Positions 7,880 through 18,045 of a stretch of DNA of 35,520 nucleotides are shown piece by piece. Location: contig JBDQGZ010000003.1 of assembly GCA_040265115.1 (NCBI GenBank), positions 1 through 35,520 on the forward strand, read 5' to 3'. The stretch is from Candidatus Nanopelagicales bacterium. Lineage in GTDB: Bacteria; Actinomycetota; Actinomycetes; S36-B12. The position numbers and the translations under genes are program-made. The notes below the pieces were generated by a model. That model made no database searches and was not told the origin of the DNA. It saw only the letters and a program-made list of their open reading frames with translations. Every line of letters begins with the position of its first letter. Position 1 is the first letter of the stretch.

Positions 7880-10131
7880 GCGGGTGCCTCGATTCGAACG
7901 ATGATGGATTTCGACGCCGGGGTGTTGCTCTCTGCCGCTGTCGCATCGAGCGGCACCAGGACATTCGCCTCCGGGAAGTAGGCGGCGACGCATCCACGGG
8001 GCGTGGGATAGGCCAGTGCCGTGACCGACGGCATCCGGCGTTCGCCATCCGGGGCGACGCTGACCACGTCGACGACGGCGCCATCCCGCATACCTAGTTC
8101 CTCGAGATCCACGGGGTTGACGAAGATGACATCGCGAGCGTTCTTCACCCCGCGATAGCGATCATCCATGCCATAGATCGTGGTGTTGAACTGGTCGTGC
8201 GAACGCACGGTTTGCAGCAGCAGATGACCCTCGGGGATCTCCAACGCGGTGATCTCGTTCACGGTGAAAACCGCGCGCCCCTCTGCCGTTGCAAAGCGCC
8301 GCTCATCGCGTGGCGGATTGGGAAGAACGAATCCATTCGGCTCGCGCACCCGGGCGTTGAAGTCGGCGAAGCCTGGGACCACCGCCGAGATGTGATCCCG
8401 GATCGCGTCGTAGTCGTTCGCGAGCGAGTTCCAGTCCAACGGCTGATCGCCGAGGACACGCCGTGCGATCTCCACCACGATCGCTGGCTCGCTCAGCAGG
8501 TCATCCGATGCCGGCGAAAGACGTCCGTGCGAGGCATGCACCACGCTCATGGAATCCTCGACTGTGACGAACTGCTCGCCGCCGGACTGCTCGTCACGCT
8601 CGGTCCGCCCGAGGCAGGGCAGGATGAGCGACTCCTGCTCCGCGACGACATGCGACCGGTTGAGTTTCGTCGACACGTGCACGACCAGATCAACCGAACC
8701 GAGGGCAGTCTCGGTGAGCGCGGAGTCGGGCGTCGCCGCCGCGAAATTGCCGCCCATCGCCATGAAGAACCTGACGCGGCCGTCGCGCATCGCTCGAATG
8801 GACTCCACCACATCGAATCCCGGCTCCCTCGGCGAGGCCATCTCGAAGTGCGAGTCGAGGGCGTCGAGAAAGGCCTCCGCCGGACGCTCGTGGATGCCCA
8901 TCGTCCGATCGCCCTGGACATTGCTGTGTCCGCGCACCGGGCACGCTCCCGCCCCGGGGCGCCCGAAGTTGCCGCGCAACAACAGGAAGTTGACGATCTC
9001 GCGGATCGTGGCGACCGCATTGCGATGCTGAGTGAGCCCCATCGCCCAGCACACGATGATCGATCTCGACGACACCACCTGCTCGATGAACGCCTCGATC
9101 GACTCATCCTCGAGTCCGGTCGCCGCAGCGACGAGTCGAGGATCGAGGGACTGCCACTGGGTGCTGGCCGCATCGAAGCCGACCGTTGACTCCTCGACGA
9201 ACCCGCGGTCGATCTCACCGGAGGCCACCAGGCGACGGTTGACCTCGGCGAAGAAGGCGAGATCACCGTTCACCCGGATCGGCAGATGCAAATCACTCAG
9301 TGACGTTCCCGATCCGACGACACCGGAGGGTTTCTGTGGATTCTTGAATCTCAGCAGGCCGGCTTCCGGAAGCGGATTGATGGACACGATGCGCCCGCCC
9401 CGCTTCTTCAACGACTCCAGTGCGGTGAGCATGCGCGGATGATTCGTCCCCGGATTCTGGCCGACGATCACCACGAGATCGGCATGATCGGAGATGTCCT
9501 CGAGCGAGACTGTCCCCTTGCCGATCCCGATGGTCTGGGTCAGCGCGATGCCACTCGACTCATGGCACATATTCGAGCAGTCCGGCAGGTTGTTCGTGCC
9601 CAGCGACCGTGCGAGCAATTGATAGAGGAACGCAGCCTCGTTGCTCGTTCTCCCGCTGGTGTAGAACACTGCCGCATTCGGATCCGGCAGCGCTCGCAAC
9701 TTCTCCGCGATCAGGTCGAAGGCCGCCGACCACTCGATCGGTCGGTAGTGCGTGTCTCCTGGTGCGAGGTGCATCGGCTGTGAGAGGCGACCCTGCGACT
9801 CGAGCCAGTAGCCGGACTGCTGTCGCAGATCGGCGAGGGAATGCTCGGCGAAAAACTTCGCCCCCACCGTGAGCCGAGTCGCCTCCCAGGCAACCGCCTT
9901 CGCACCGTTCTCGCAGAACTCCGCTGTGTGCCGCTTATCAGGATCCGGCCAGGCACAACTCGGGCAGTCGAAACCGCGCTGTTGGTTGACCGATGTCAGC
10001 GCCCGGACCCCGCGAGCGACCCCCATCTGCTCGAGGGCGATGCCGGCCGCAGCGAGCACGCCACGTGTTCCCGCCGCGACATCCTCCGCTCGTCCGCGGT
10101 CCGAAGGATGCGGGGTCGACTGCTGCGCCAC
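7876..10131 (-). CDS. FdhF/YdeP family molybdopterin oxidoreductase
   Basis: GFDCPSCAWPD, EFCENGAKA, FYTSGRTSNEAA, NNLPDCSNMCHE, PVRGHSNVQGDRTMG and TVRSHDQFNTTIYG motifs of the YdeP-like family. Confidence 0.93.
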   Translation of the reverse strand: MAQQSTPHPSDRGRAEDVAAGTRGVLAAAGIALEQMGVARGVRALTSVNQQRGFDCPSCAWPDPDKRHTAEFCENGAKAVAWEATRLTVGAKFFAEHSLADLRQQSGYWLESQGRLSQPMHLAPGDTHYRPIEWSAAFDLIAEKLRALPDPNAAVFYTSGRTSNEAAFLYQLLARSLGTNNLPDCSNMCHESSGIALTQTIGIGKGTVSLEDISDHADLVVIVGQNPGTNHPRMLTALESLKKRGGRIVSINPLPEAGLLRFKNPQKPSGVVGSGTSLSDLHLPIRVNGDLAFFAEVNRRLVASGEIDRGFVEESTVGFDAASTQWQSLDPRLVAAATGLEDESIEAFIEQVVSSRSIIVCWAMGLTQHRNAVATIREIVNFLLLRGNFGRPGAGACPVRGHSNVQGDRTMGIHERPAEAFLDALDSHFEMASPREPGFDVVESIRAMRDGRVRFFMAMGGNFAAATPDSALTETALGSVDLVVHVSTKLNRSHVVAEQESLILPCLGRTERDEQSGGEQFVTVEDSMSVVHASHGRLSPASDDLLSEPAIVVEIARRVLGDQPLDWNSLANDYDAIRDHISAVVPGFADFNARVREPNGFVLPNPPRDERRFATAEGRAVFTVNEITALEIPEGHLLLQTVRSHDQFNTTIYGMDDRYRGVKNARDVIFVNPVDLEELGMRDGAVVDVVSVAPDGERRMPSVTALAYPTPRGCVAAYFPEANVLVPLDATAAESNTPASKSIIVRIEAPA

Positions 10132-10137
10132 CCCCCG

Positions 10138-10155
10138 ATCCTAGGCGCCTAGGGT
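10138..10155. promoter_or_regulatory. Back-to-back -10 elements (bidirectional leaderless promoter) overlapping the palindrome CCTAGGCGCCTAGG
   Basis: TAGGGT (+,10150-10155) is 6 nt before GTG 10162; TAGGAT (-,10143-10138) is 6 nt before GTG 10131; the intergenic gap is only 30 bp. Confidence 0.65.
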
Positions 10156-10161
10156 GGTGGC

Positions 10162-11001
10162 GTGGGCTCGATCGACCGGCGCCGCGTGGTGCGCATCGAC
10201 GGTGAGGAGCGTCGTGCTGCCCGCGGCGACCATGTCGCGGTCGAGGAACCACTCGAGATCCTCGTGGATGGAGCCGTCGTCTCCACGACCATGCGGACCC
10301 CCGGACACGACGTCGAACTCGCCCTGGGCTGGTGTGTCTCCGAGGGAGTCATCGCCGGACTCGATGATCTGGTCACCGCGAAGTCCTGTTTCGAGAAGTC
10401 CCCGAGCCTGGAGGAACTTGACGGGGATGAAGCGCTGCGCCGCGTCGTCGAGGTCAACACCACGCACCGCCGGACCGTTCATGCTCGCTTGCACACGACC
10501 TCGAGCGCCTGCGGCATCTGCGGTAGCGATGCGATCGCGACAACACTCGAGCGATGCTCGACGAGCCTGCCGACCGACCACACCCAGTTCCCCGCACGGG
10601 TGATCCACCAGCTGCCGGCGGCGATGCGAGGGGCGCAACGGCACTTCGATTCCAGCGGAGGCATGCACGCGGCCGCACTGTTCGAGCCCGACGGATCGGT
10701 GGTGTGCGTACGCGAGGACGTCGGTCGCCACAATGCCGTCGACAAGGTCATCGGCTGGGGGCTGCAAAATCTCGGCCTTCCGCTCGCCGGCCTTGGCCTC
10801 CAGGTGAGCGGGCGAGCATCTGCCGAACTCGTGCACAAAGCCGCGATCGCGGGCATCCCCCTGCTCACCGCCGTGTCGGCACCCACGACCCTCGCCGTCG
10901 ATCTCGCTCGCGAAGCCGGGTTGACCCTTGTCGGATTCGTGCGCGACAACTCCTTCAATGTGTATGCCGGCGAGGAGCGGATCTCGACGATCGCGACTTA
11001 G
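10162..11001 (+). CDS. fdhD: Formate dehydrogenase accessory sulfurtransferase FdhD
   Basis: AVEEPLEI, TMRTPGHD, TSSACGICG, GGMHAAALF, REDVGRHNAVDKVIG, VSGRAS and VSAPT motifs; divergent from the YdeP-like gene. Confidence 0.95.
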   Translation: MGSIDRRRVVRIDGEERRAARGDHVAVEEPLEILVDGAVVSTTMRTPGHDVELALGWCVSEGVIAGLDDLVTAKSCFEKSPSLEELDGDEALRRVVEVNTTHRRTVHARLHTTSSACGICGSDAIATTLERCSTSLPTDHTQFPARVIHQLPAAMRGAQRHFDSSGGMHAAALFEPDGSVVCVREDVGRHNAVDKVIGWGLQNLGLPLAGLGLQVSGRASAELVHKAAIAGIPLLTAVSAPTTLAVDLAREAGLTLVGFVRDNSFNVYAGEERISTIAT

Positions 11002-11050
11002 CACTCGATGGTTGTTGTGTGCTAACGCACCTTTCAGCCATAGTCCGTTC

Positions 11051-11590
11051 ATGGCAGATGATTCGCACGCGGATGCGATCGAGGTGTCGGCGCTCGCCGG
11101 ACGCGAACGCAGCCTGGCCGGCTTCCTCCTGTCAGGTCGCTGGCCCGCCACGACACGTGAATGGACCCAGGTGCTCGCGATCGCGGTGCGATTCGCCGCG
11201 ATTCCCGGGCTGCTCCCGACCACGACGGTGTTCCGTGCCGTCGAGGAACTCCCCGATGACCCAGAGCCCGGCGCCGTTGGGTTGGTCACCCTGGCTGGCC
11301 CCGTGATCGGCGAGGGTGCACCCGCACCGGGATCCTTGTCCACTCCGCAACCGCCCGCGTTGATCCTGCTGCACCCGCCGTCGGAGACCTCGCCGTCGAC
11401 GCCCGAGGTCGATGGGGTGGCTTCTGGCTGTGTCTTCCTGCCAGGCATGCCGCATCTCGGACTCGATCATCGTGCCGGTTGGATCGAGGCCGAGGCGGAC
11501 GGAAGTGTGACGCGATTGCTCAGCGCGGTGAACGTCGAGGTCACCTCCGATCCCGATCTCGCGGTCCTCGCAACCCTCTGCGCAGCCTGA
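11051..11590 (+). CDS. Conserved actinobacterial-type hypothetical protein
   Basis: GRWPATTREW and LPGMPHLGLDHRAGW segments look like a conserved protein; ATG 11051 is preceded by CATAGT at 6 nt; the ORF-track start at 10928 overlaps fdhD. Confidence 0.65.
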   Translation: MADDSHADAIEVSALAGRERSLAGFLLSGRWPATTREWTQVLAIAVRFAAIPGLLPTTTVFRAVEELPDDPEPGAVGLVTLAGPVIGEGAPAPGSLSTPQPPALILLHPPSETSPSTPEVDGVASGCVFLPGMPHLGLDHRAGWIEAEADGSVTRLLSAVNVEVTSDPDLAVLATLCAA

Positions 11591-11603
11591 GCGGGAACGG
11601 GAG

Positions 11604-12902
11604 CTAATCGAGGTCGGCGGGGCTAGGAGTCACGGACGGAATCAAGCGCCCGAAAGCGCTGGCGATAATCATCCCGATGGTAATGGCGACGATGGTCGCC
11701 GCCGCCACGAACAGCACATCGGTTCCATCGCCGATCGTGACCACGGAGGGATTCGTGGTGGAGTCGGCAATATTCCCCGGTTCGAGGGATTGATCCCGAC
11801 CCGCGAAAGTCTCGGTCAGCGCGACAAGGCCCAGGGAACCGGGAACGAGCAACCAGAAGACCGGTTCGAAGAGTGCGAAGGCAGGCATGCCCTTCCGAGT
11901 TCGTCGCTGGAAGACGATGGCGAGGAACAAGGCCGCGGCCGCAGCGACACCGGCGGCGAGCACCGCGTCGATACTGGCGGCGATAGCCGTTTGAACCCCG
12001 TAGGCGACGACGAGTAGCAAAGCGACTATTCGAATGCCACCCCTCGCCTCATTGGACACCATCGACTGTCCGACGGCGAAGACGAGGACTCCGATCCAGG
12101 CGGCCCACCATGGGAGCAGAACCTCGGTGAGGTCACCGAAGTTGTAGTCATCGATCGGGGCCAGGCGCGCGCCGACGAGGACACCGAACGTCAGCACGAG
12201 GATCTGCACGAGCGCATTCATCAGTCGCGAGGAGCCGGAGACGATCTGGCCATTCGCGAGTTCCTGGGTCCCGCGGGTGAGTCCGACACCGGGGATGAGG
12301 GTGATGATGGGTGCAGCGACAGCGCGAATCGGCTGGATCTGTTCATCGAAGAATGAGCCGATGGTGAACACCACGTATGCCGCGACCGCCGCGGCGAAGA
12401 AGGGGACCAGTGCGTTCATCGCCGGTCGCTTCGAGGTCAGGACCAAGGCAAGGGCGACGAAGATGCCGAGAATTCCCGCGATCAGGACACCCCACAGGCT
12501 GATCCTGAAGACCAGCGCAAAGCCGGCCGCCGTGAGGCCATTGGCCAACACCGTCACCCAGACCGGGAAGCGCGCCTTGAGGTGATCGACGGCCTTCAGT
12601 CTCTGCGTCGCCTCGGGTGCTGGGATGTGAGCGACGCTTGCCTGCCGCGCGATGCGATGCACCTCGGCCGCCTGATCGAGGCGCATTGATCCGATATCGC
12701 TTGCGACGATCCGAGCTCGGCCGCCCTCCGCGTCATCGACGAACACCGCATTGGGCAGCACGTAAATCTGCAGATCCGACCGGCCATAGGCGCCGGCAAC
12801 CGCCTTCAGTGTGTCGTCGACCTCATTCACCGGATAGCCGGCCGCGAGCTGGGCACGCCCCAGCGTCGCGATCAGCTCTTCTACGTCATTGGTCTTCTGC
12901 AT
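11604..12902 (-). CDS. ThrE family threonine/serine exporter
   Basis: Soluble N-terminal region (LGRAQLAAGYPVNEVDDTL), about 10 TM segments, LIPG...QELANGQIVSGSSRL and LLVPGSLG motifs. Confidence 0.85.
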   Translation of the reverse strand: MQKTNDVEELIATLGRAQLAAGYPVNEVDDTLKAVAGAYGRSDLQIYVLPNAVFVDDAEGGRARIVASDIGSMRLDQAAEVHRIARQASVAHIPAPEATQRLKAVDHLKARFPVWVTVLANGLTAAGFALVFRISLWGVLIAGILGIFVALALVLTSKRPAMNALVPFFAAAVAAYVVFTIGSFFDEQIQPIRAVAAPIITLIPGVGLTRGTQELANGQIVSGSSRLMNALVQILVLTFGVLVGARLAPIDDYNFGDLTEVLLPWWAAWIGVLVFAVGQSMVSNEARGGIRIVALLLVVAYGVQTAIAASIDAVLAAGVAAAAALFLAIVFQRRTRKGMPAFALFEPVFWLLVPGSLGLVALTETFAGRDQSLEPGNIADSTTNPSVVTIGDGTDVLFVAAATIVAITIGMIIASAFGRLIPSVTPSPADLD

Positions 12903-12985
12903 CGGGTCATACTCTGCCGCATTGCCACGCCGAGATGCGGCAGCATTCCCCTGCTGATGCCGGAATCAGATGCCAGAATGAGGTG

Positions 12986-13309
12986 ATGGGACTGTTCGGC
13001 CGCCGCAAGCGCCACGCCGCCTGGGATCGCGGCTCGACCCGCGAGGACATCAAGCATCTGCAGGCCTTCGTCGACTCCCGCAAGGGGGTGGAGGCCTATG
13101 TCGAGCCGGTGACGATGGCCACGGAGACCACCGTTGTGCTCGTCGCTCACGATGGTGAATGGACCCGTCGGCGCGTGGAAAGTCCGGATGAGGCCCGCCA
13201 GCTCGCCACGAAGTGGGGTATTCCCATCTACGACGCTGCTGTCGTTGGATACCCACCTCGGATGCGTGAATGGACCCGCGCGAACAAGGACCGCCGCGGA
13301 ACGCTGTGA
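12986..13309 (+). CDS. Conserved small actinobacterial protein of unknown function (107 aa)
   Basis: GVEAYVEP, VVLVAHDGEWTRRRV and GYPPRMREW look like conserved motifs; ATG 12986 is preceded by CAGAAT at 6 nt. Confidence 0.75.
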   Translation: MGLFGRRKRHAAWDRGSTREDIKHLQAFVDSRKGVEAYVEPVTMATETTVVLVAHDGEWTRRRVESPDEARQLATKWGIPIYDAAVVGYPPRMREWTRANKDRRGTL

Positions 13310-13348
13310 GCACCAGCGGTCGTCACTGCAGGGACGTCGCGAGCAGGG

Positions 13349-14065
13349 TCAGCCAACCGGCTCACCCTCACCGACATCATCAGGAGCCGGCGCACTTCCT
13401 CCCAATCGGGCGGGGATGAACCAGGCACCGGAGGCATCGGGATATCGCGCGACGCTCGCATCGAGTGCACCGCGCATCCGATCGCGCAGTTCACTCGTAG
13501 CCGCGTCTATGTCATCACCGGGTTGGATATGCATCGGATCGCCGATGGTGATCACGATGGATTTGCCACGCGACAGGCTCCGATAGCCATAGGAGTAGAT
13601 GCGCGCACCGCCGAGGACGGCCATCGGAAACAGTGGCACTCCGGCATCCATAGCCATCCGCACTGCTCCGGACTTGATCGGCTTGATGTCCATCGAGCGG
13701 CTCATGGTCGCCTCGGGGAACACGCCCACGAGTTCACCAGCCTGCAGAGCCTGCACCGCGACGTCGAAGGCCTGGGAACCAGCACTGCGGTCGACCGGGA
13801 TGTGCTTCATCGCGCGCATGAGCGGACCGGAGACGCGATGGCGGAAAACCGACTGCTTCGCCATGAAGCGCACGAGTCGACGACCGCGACGATCAGCCGG
13901 GATCCCCGCGAGCGCAAAGTCGAGGTAACTGGTGTGGTTGATGGCGAGGACCGCACCACCGGTCATGGGCAGTTTGTCTGCGCCCTGGATGTCGAATCGC
14001 AGGCCGAGGCTGGCGAACACCCCTTTGAAACCCGCGACGATTGATCGATACACCGGCTCTGCCAC
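13349..14065 (-). CDS. Lysophospholipid acyltransferase (PlsC family)
   Basis: NHTSYLD (HxxxxD), FMAK, IPVDR and FPEAT motifs. Confidence 0.92.
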   Translation of the reverse strand: MAEPVYRSIVAGFKGVFASLGLRFDIQGADKLPMTGGAVLAINHTSYLDFALAGIPADRRGRRLVRFMAKQSVFRHRVSGPLMRAMKHIPVDRSAGSQAFDVAVQALQAGELVGVFPEATMSRSMDIKPIKSGAVRMAMDAGVPLFPMAVLGGARIYSYGYRSLSRGKSIVITIGDPMHIQPGDDIDAATSELRDRMRGALDASVARYPDASGAWFIPARLGGSAPAPDDVGEGEPVG

Positions 14066-14106
14066 GCCCTCGAACCTACCCTGATCCAGGCTTATACGGT
14101 GGAGTC

Positions 14107-15261
14107 ATGCCGGCAGAAATCGCGCCCGATGCACAGATCGCGATCGTCGGGGCAGGCCTTGCCGGTCTGCGTACCGCTGAAGCGCTTCGACGTCGTGGAT
14201 TCGCCGGATCCCTCGTGGTCATCGGAGATGAGATCCACCCGCCCTATAACCGCCCGCCGCTGTCGAAGGAAGCACTGGCTGGCGGGGTCGAGTTCGAGGC
14301 CTTGAAGTTCCGTCAGAAGAACTCTGCTATCACCTGGCGGCTGGGTTCGACCGCGATCGGATGCACCCCGGCGGAGGTCCTCCTCGCCGATGGCTCCGCC
14401 GTGCCCTACGACGGATTGGTGATCGCCAGCGGAATCCGGCCCCGTCATCTGCCTGTGCCAGGGCCGCAGCCGTTGAGTCTGCGCACTCTCGACGATGCCG
14501 TGGCCCTGCGCGGTCAGTTCTCCCCCGGAGCCAGCCTGCTCATTGTCGGAGCTGGCTTCATCGGTTGCGAGGTTGCCGCTACCGCGCGCTCGCTGGGGTG
14601 CGAGGTCACCGTCACCGCTTTCGACGCCGAGCCGATGATCACGGCTCTCGGAGTCGAGCTCGCGGCCGCGATGCGCGCGCATCATGAGGCCCACGGGGTT
14701 CGTTTCGTTCTCGGTGTCGGGGTCGCCGAGTTCATGTCCTCAGGCGTAACCCTCGACGACGGGACCGTCCTCGAAGCCGATGTCGTGCTCGAAGCCGTCG
14801 GTTCGGTGCCCAACACCGAGTGGCTTTCCGATCTCGGGCTGGACCTGAGCAATGGAGTGTTGTGCGACAACGACCTCCGGGCTCATGGTGCCGATCGACC
14901 GACGGTGGCCGTCGGCGACATCGCACGGTTCCCGAATCCGCGTTTCGATGATGAACCACGGCGCATCGAGCACTGGAGTATGCCGGCGGACACCGCGCGC
15001 CGTGCGGCCGAGACACTCCTCGCTGACCTCACCGGCTCGCCCGCACCTACGGAACCCTTCGCCCCGATTCCCTCGTTCTGGTCCGATCAGTACGACTGGA
15101 AGTTGGAGTCGCAGGGCATGCCCGCGCTCGGTGATGCGGTGCTCGCAGAAGGATCCTGGGAGGGCGAGTGCATCGTGGAATACCGCCACGATGAACGTCT
15201 TGTCGGCGTGATCGGGGTCAACCGGACCCGAGAGGTGCTCGGCTACCGCGACCAGCTCTAG
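14107..15261 (+). CDS. NAD(P)/FAD-dependent oxidoreductase, ferredoxin-reductase-like
   Basis: IVGAGLAG, PYNRPPLSK, IVGAGFIGCEVA, AVGD, RIEHW and FWSDQY motifs; start placed at ATG 14107 (TACGGT 6 nt upstream) to avoid overlapping the divergent gene. Confidence 0.88.
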   Translation: MPAEIAPDAQIAIVGAGLAGLRTAEALRRRGFAGSLVVIGDEIHPPYNRPPLSKEALAGGVEFEALKFRQKNSAITWRLGSTAIGCTPAEVLLADGSAVPYDGLVIASGIRPRHLPVPGPQPLSLRTLDDAVALRGQFSPGASLLIVGAGFIGCEVAATARSLGCEVTVTAFDAEPMITALGVELAAAMRAHHEAHGVRFVLGVGVAEFMSSGVTLDDGTVLEADVVLEAVGSVPNTEWLSDLGLDLSNGVLCDNDLRAHGADRPTVAVGDIARFPNPRFDDEPRRIEHWSMPADTARRAAETLLADLTGSPAPTEPFAPIPSFWSDQYDWKLESQGMPALGDAVLAEGSWEGECIVEYRHDERLVGVIGVNRTREVLGYRDQL

Positions 15262-16417
15262 CCCGCTGCAGGGGACCGAGGCCAATCAGCTGTGCCAGGG
15301 TGAAGACAGCGGCGATGGCGAATACCGCCGTCCAGGTCACTCCGGTGTCGAGTAGGGCGCCGATCGCCAACGGCCCCACAGCCGCGGCGGCGTAGGCAAC
15401 GAAGAGCGCCATCGCGGTCAGCCCTGCCGCATCATGGGCATCGGTTGCCAGTTCCGGCAGCAGCGCCATGCCGACGGAGAACACCCCGCCCAATCCGATG
15501 CCGGCGACGGCCACGACGGGCCACGTCATCCATTCTGGTGCGACACCCATGAGCAGGACAACTCCGGTCGAGATCAGCACCAGGACGATGAAGAGCGGTC
15601 GACGGTCCGCCAGCCGGGAGGTGATCCGGGGAATCGCGATTGCTCCGACGACCTGCAGGAGGCTGAAAAAGCCGAACAGGTATCCACCCTCGGCCTGGGT
15701 CCACCCCCGTTCGTCATAGGACGGCGCCATCCAGGCCAGCAGGATGTAGAAGGCGACGCTGTTGACCGCCAGGAAAGCGGCGAGGAACCATGCGGTTCTC
15801 GACCGCCACGGCAGTCGCATCACGAACTCTGATCGGTCCGCCGATTCCGTCCGCCGAAGCGCCACAACAGCCCACGCGACCGTGGCTAGGAACGCCGGAA
15901 TCGCCCACACCGTTAACGCCGCCGGCCAACTCCCCCACCATTGGGCCAGCGGAACCGTCACCGCCGCAGCGATCGCGGCGCCGGCCATGAACGTGGCGGT
16001 GGTGTAGGAGCTCACCCTCATGACCCGCTCGGGAAACCACTCCCGCACGAACGAAGGTGTCACGCCTGCACCGACCGCGATACCGACACCTGCGAGGAGT
16101 GCGGTGAGGAACAACACCCCGCCCCACGATGATGACCACCAGCGCAGGGTGAGGGCGACGGTGATCGCAGCGAGCCCGCCGACGGTCAGCCAGCCGATTC
16201 CGTGACGCCGCACGAGTCTGGGAATGACGAGCGCGAAGATCGCCATGCACACGGTCGGAATCGTGGTCAGCGCACCGATCATGGCGTCGTTGAAGCCGAG
16301 GCTCGCTTGAATGTCCAGGCTCAGCGGCGGCACCGATGCGATCACCGGCCGGATACTTGCGGAGATCGCGAGGAGTGCGAGGAGTCGCCACGAAGTTGGA
16401 GCCAGCGCTGACGTCAC
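15218..16417 (-). CDS. MFS transporter, CynX/NimT-like
   Basis: About 12 TM segments; SIRPVIASVPP, GALTTIP and REWFP are typical of the CynX family; GTG 16417 is preceded by TACACT at 6 nt. Confidence 0.82.
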   Translation of the reverse strand: MTSALAPTSWRLLALLAISASIRPVIASVPPLSLDIQASLGFNDAMIGALTTIPTVCMAIFALVIPRLVRRHGIGWLTVGGLAAITVALTLRWWSSSWGGVLFLTALLAGVGIAVGAGVTPSFVREWFPERVMRVSSYTTATFMAGAAIAAAVTVPLAQWWGSWPAALTVWAIPAFLATVAWAVVALRRTESADRSEFVMRLPWRSRTAWFLAAFLAVNSVAFYILLAWMAPSYDERGWTQAEGGYLFGFFSLLQVVGAIAIPRITSRLADRRPLFIVLVLISTGVVLLMGVAPEWMTWPVVAVAGIGLGGVFSVGMALLPELATDAHDAAGLTAMALFVAYAAAAVGPLAIGALLDTGVTWTAVFAIAAVFTLAQLIGLGPLQRARAGRGSRAPLGSG

Positions 16418-16473
16418 CAAGGGAGTGTAGAGGTCCCGCCCTGCCGGAAGCGCGAAACCACTAGGTTCAAGGC

Positions 16474-18045
16474 GTGACCGGCCACCTGTCGAAGGGTTTC
16501 ATCCTCACCACCTTGATCCTCGGTGCCGGGGTAGCCAACATGAACCTCTCCCTCGCCAACGTCGCACTCCCGGACATCAGTCGAGACCTCCAGGCCAGCC
16601 AGGTGGGTACGAACCTCGTCGGCGTCGGCTTCACCCTCGGCCTCGCCGCGAGCGTGCTCTATCTGGGCGCGCTCGGTGACCGATACGGCCGACGCCGCAT
16701 GCTGCTCATCGGTCTCACCGCATCGATTCCGTTCGCGATGCTCGCAGCGTGGGCACCGAACGTCGAGATTCTCGTCCTCGCCCGCATCCTCGGTGGGGTG
16801 GCGGCCGGCATGACCTACCCCACGACGCTCACGTTCATCGTGGCGCTCTTCGATGGAAAGGAACGCACCACCGCCATCGCGCTGTGGTCCGGCATCGGTG
16901 CGGCTTTCGCCGCGATCGGCCCACCCTTCATGGGCTGGCTGTTGACCTTCGCCTGGTGGGGGGCGGGCTTCCTCCTGCCGATTCCACTCGCCGTCGTCGC
17001 CCTCGTCATGGCCTGGCGTCTCCCGAGCAGCACCGGGGAGGGAGACGAGAAGGTCGACAACCTCAGCGGCATCCTCTCGATCGTCATGGTGACCGCGCTC
17101 GTCCTCGCCATCACATTCGCGCCCATGCCCGGGGTCGGGGTCATCGCCATCTCGCTCGCGGTCACGGCCGTGGTGCTCATCGCGTGGTTCATGCTGCGCC
17201 AGCGCACGCTCGACAACCCGCTCTATGACCTCAGCATCGCCAAACGGCGCATCTTCTGGGTCGCCGCGCTCGCCGGGATCATCGTGTTCGGCTCGCTGAT
17301 GGGCGCGTTCTTCATCGGCCAGCAATACCTGCAGGATGTCCTCGGCTACGGCAGCCTGGGTGCCGGCCTGTCGATCCTGCCGACCTCAATCATGCTCGTG
17401 CTCGTCGCACCCATCGCTGCACGAATGATCACCGCACTCGGTTCGCGGATGACCCTCATCATCGGTTTCGCCGTGCTCGCCGCGGGCTTTCTCACGATGC
17501 TGTCGTGGCGCCCGGATTCGTCCATCACGCTCGTGCTCATTGCCTACGCACTACTCGGAGCCGGTGTGTCCATCGCGGCCGCACCCGCGTCGCGATCGAT
17601 CATGGCCGCGGTGCCCCAGCGGCGCCTCGGCATGGGGTCGGCGACCAATGACCTTCAGCGCGATCTCGGCGGCGCGATCATGCAGTCGGTGATGGGCTCA
17701 CTGCTCGTCGTGCGCTACGCCTCATCGCTGCGCGAATCGCTGTCCGGGATTCCCGAGGATCAGCGCCAGCAGGTCACCGATCAGACCGTCACCCTCTTGA
17801 CCTCGTCCTTCGCCGGGGCCGAGCAGGTCGCTCAATCACTCCCGCAGTCCGAGGCGAACACACTGATCCAATGGGCCTCTGATGCCTTCGCGCGTGGCTC
17901 GGGTCTCGCCTTTGCCGCCGCACTCCTGGCGGTAGGCGTAGGTATGGCGATCGTGGTGTTCCTCTTCCCCGGCAAGGCTGCCGAGATCGAGGTCGAGGAG
18001 AAATACGCGCGGATGGATCAGGCAGGTCAGAACAACGCGGAATAG
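16474..18045 (+). CDS. MFS transporter, DHA2 (14-TM) drug:H+ antiporter-like
   Basis: [20 protein letters not shown] motif [10 protein letters not shown] and a long loop before the last TM. Confidence 0.88.
   Translation: MTGHLSKGFILTTLILGAGVANMNLSLANVALPDISRDLQASQVGTNLVGVGFTLGLAASVLYLGALGDRYGRRRMLLIGLTASIPFAMLAAWAPNVEILVLARILGGVAAGMTYPTTLTFIVALFDGKERTTAIALWSGIGAAFAAIGPPFMGWLLTFAWWGAGFLLPIPLAVVALVMAWRLPSSTGEGDEKVDNLSGILSIVMVTALVLAITFAPMPGVGVIAISLAVTAVVLIAWFMLRQRTLDNPLYDLSIAKRRIFWVAALAGIIVFGSLMGAFFIGQQYLQDVLGYGSLGAGLSILPTSIMLVLVAPIAARMITALGSRMTLIIGFAVLAAGFLTMLSWRPDSSITLVLIAYALLGAGVSIAAAPASRSIMAAVPQRRLGMGSATNDLQRDLGGAIMQSVMGSLLVVRYASSLRESLSGIPEDQRQQVTDQTVTLLTSSFAGAEQVAQSLPQSEANTLIQWASDAFARGSGLAFAAALLAVGVGMAIVVFLFPGKAAEIEVEEKYARMDQAGQNNAE

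Noticed and set aside
7205-7981. 258-aa plus-strand ORF
   Set aside because: Antisense to three better-supported minus-strand genes; Arg/His-rich shadow composition.
7876-10131. Selenocysteine-containing formate dehydrogenase
   Set aside because: No in-frame TGA; the motifs fit the Cys-containing YdeP-like subfamily.
10141-11448. 435-aa minus-strand ORF
   Set aside because: Antisense shadow of fdhD and the next gene; no recognisable motifs.
12617-12985. Long N-terminal extensions in the ORF track (also 4206-4328, 10928-11050, 14041-14106, 19029-19175)
   Set aside because: Downstream starts have RBS or -10 support, and most of the extensions overlap neighbouring genes.
16414-17325. 303-aa minus-strand ORF
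   Set aside because: Antisense shadow of the MFS gene, typical of high-GC DNA.
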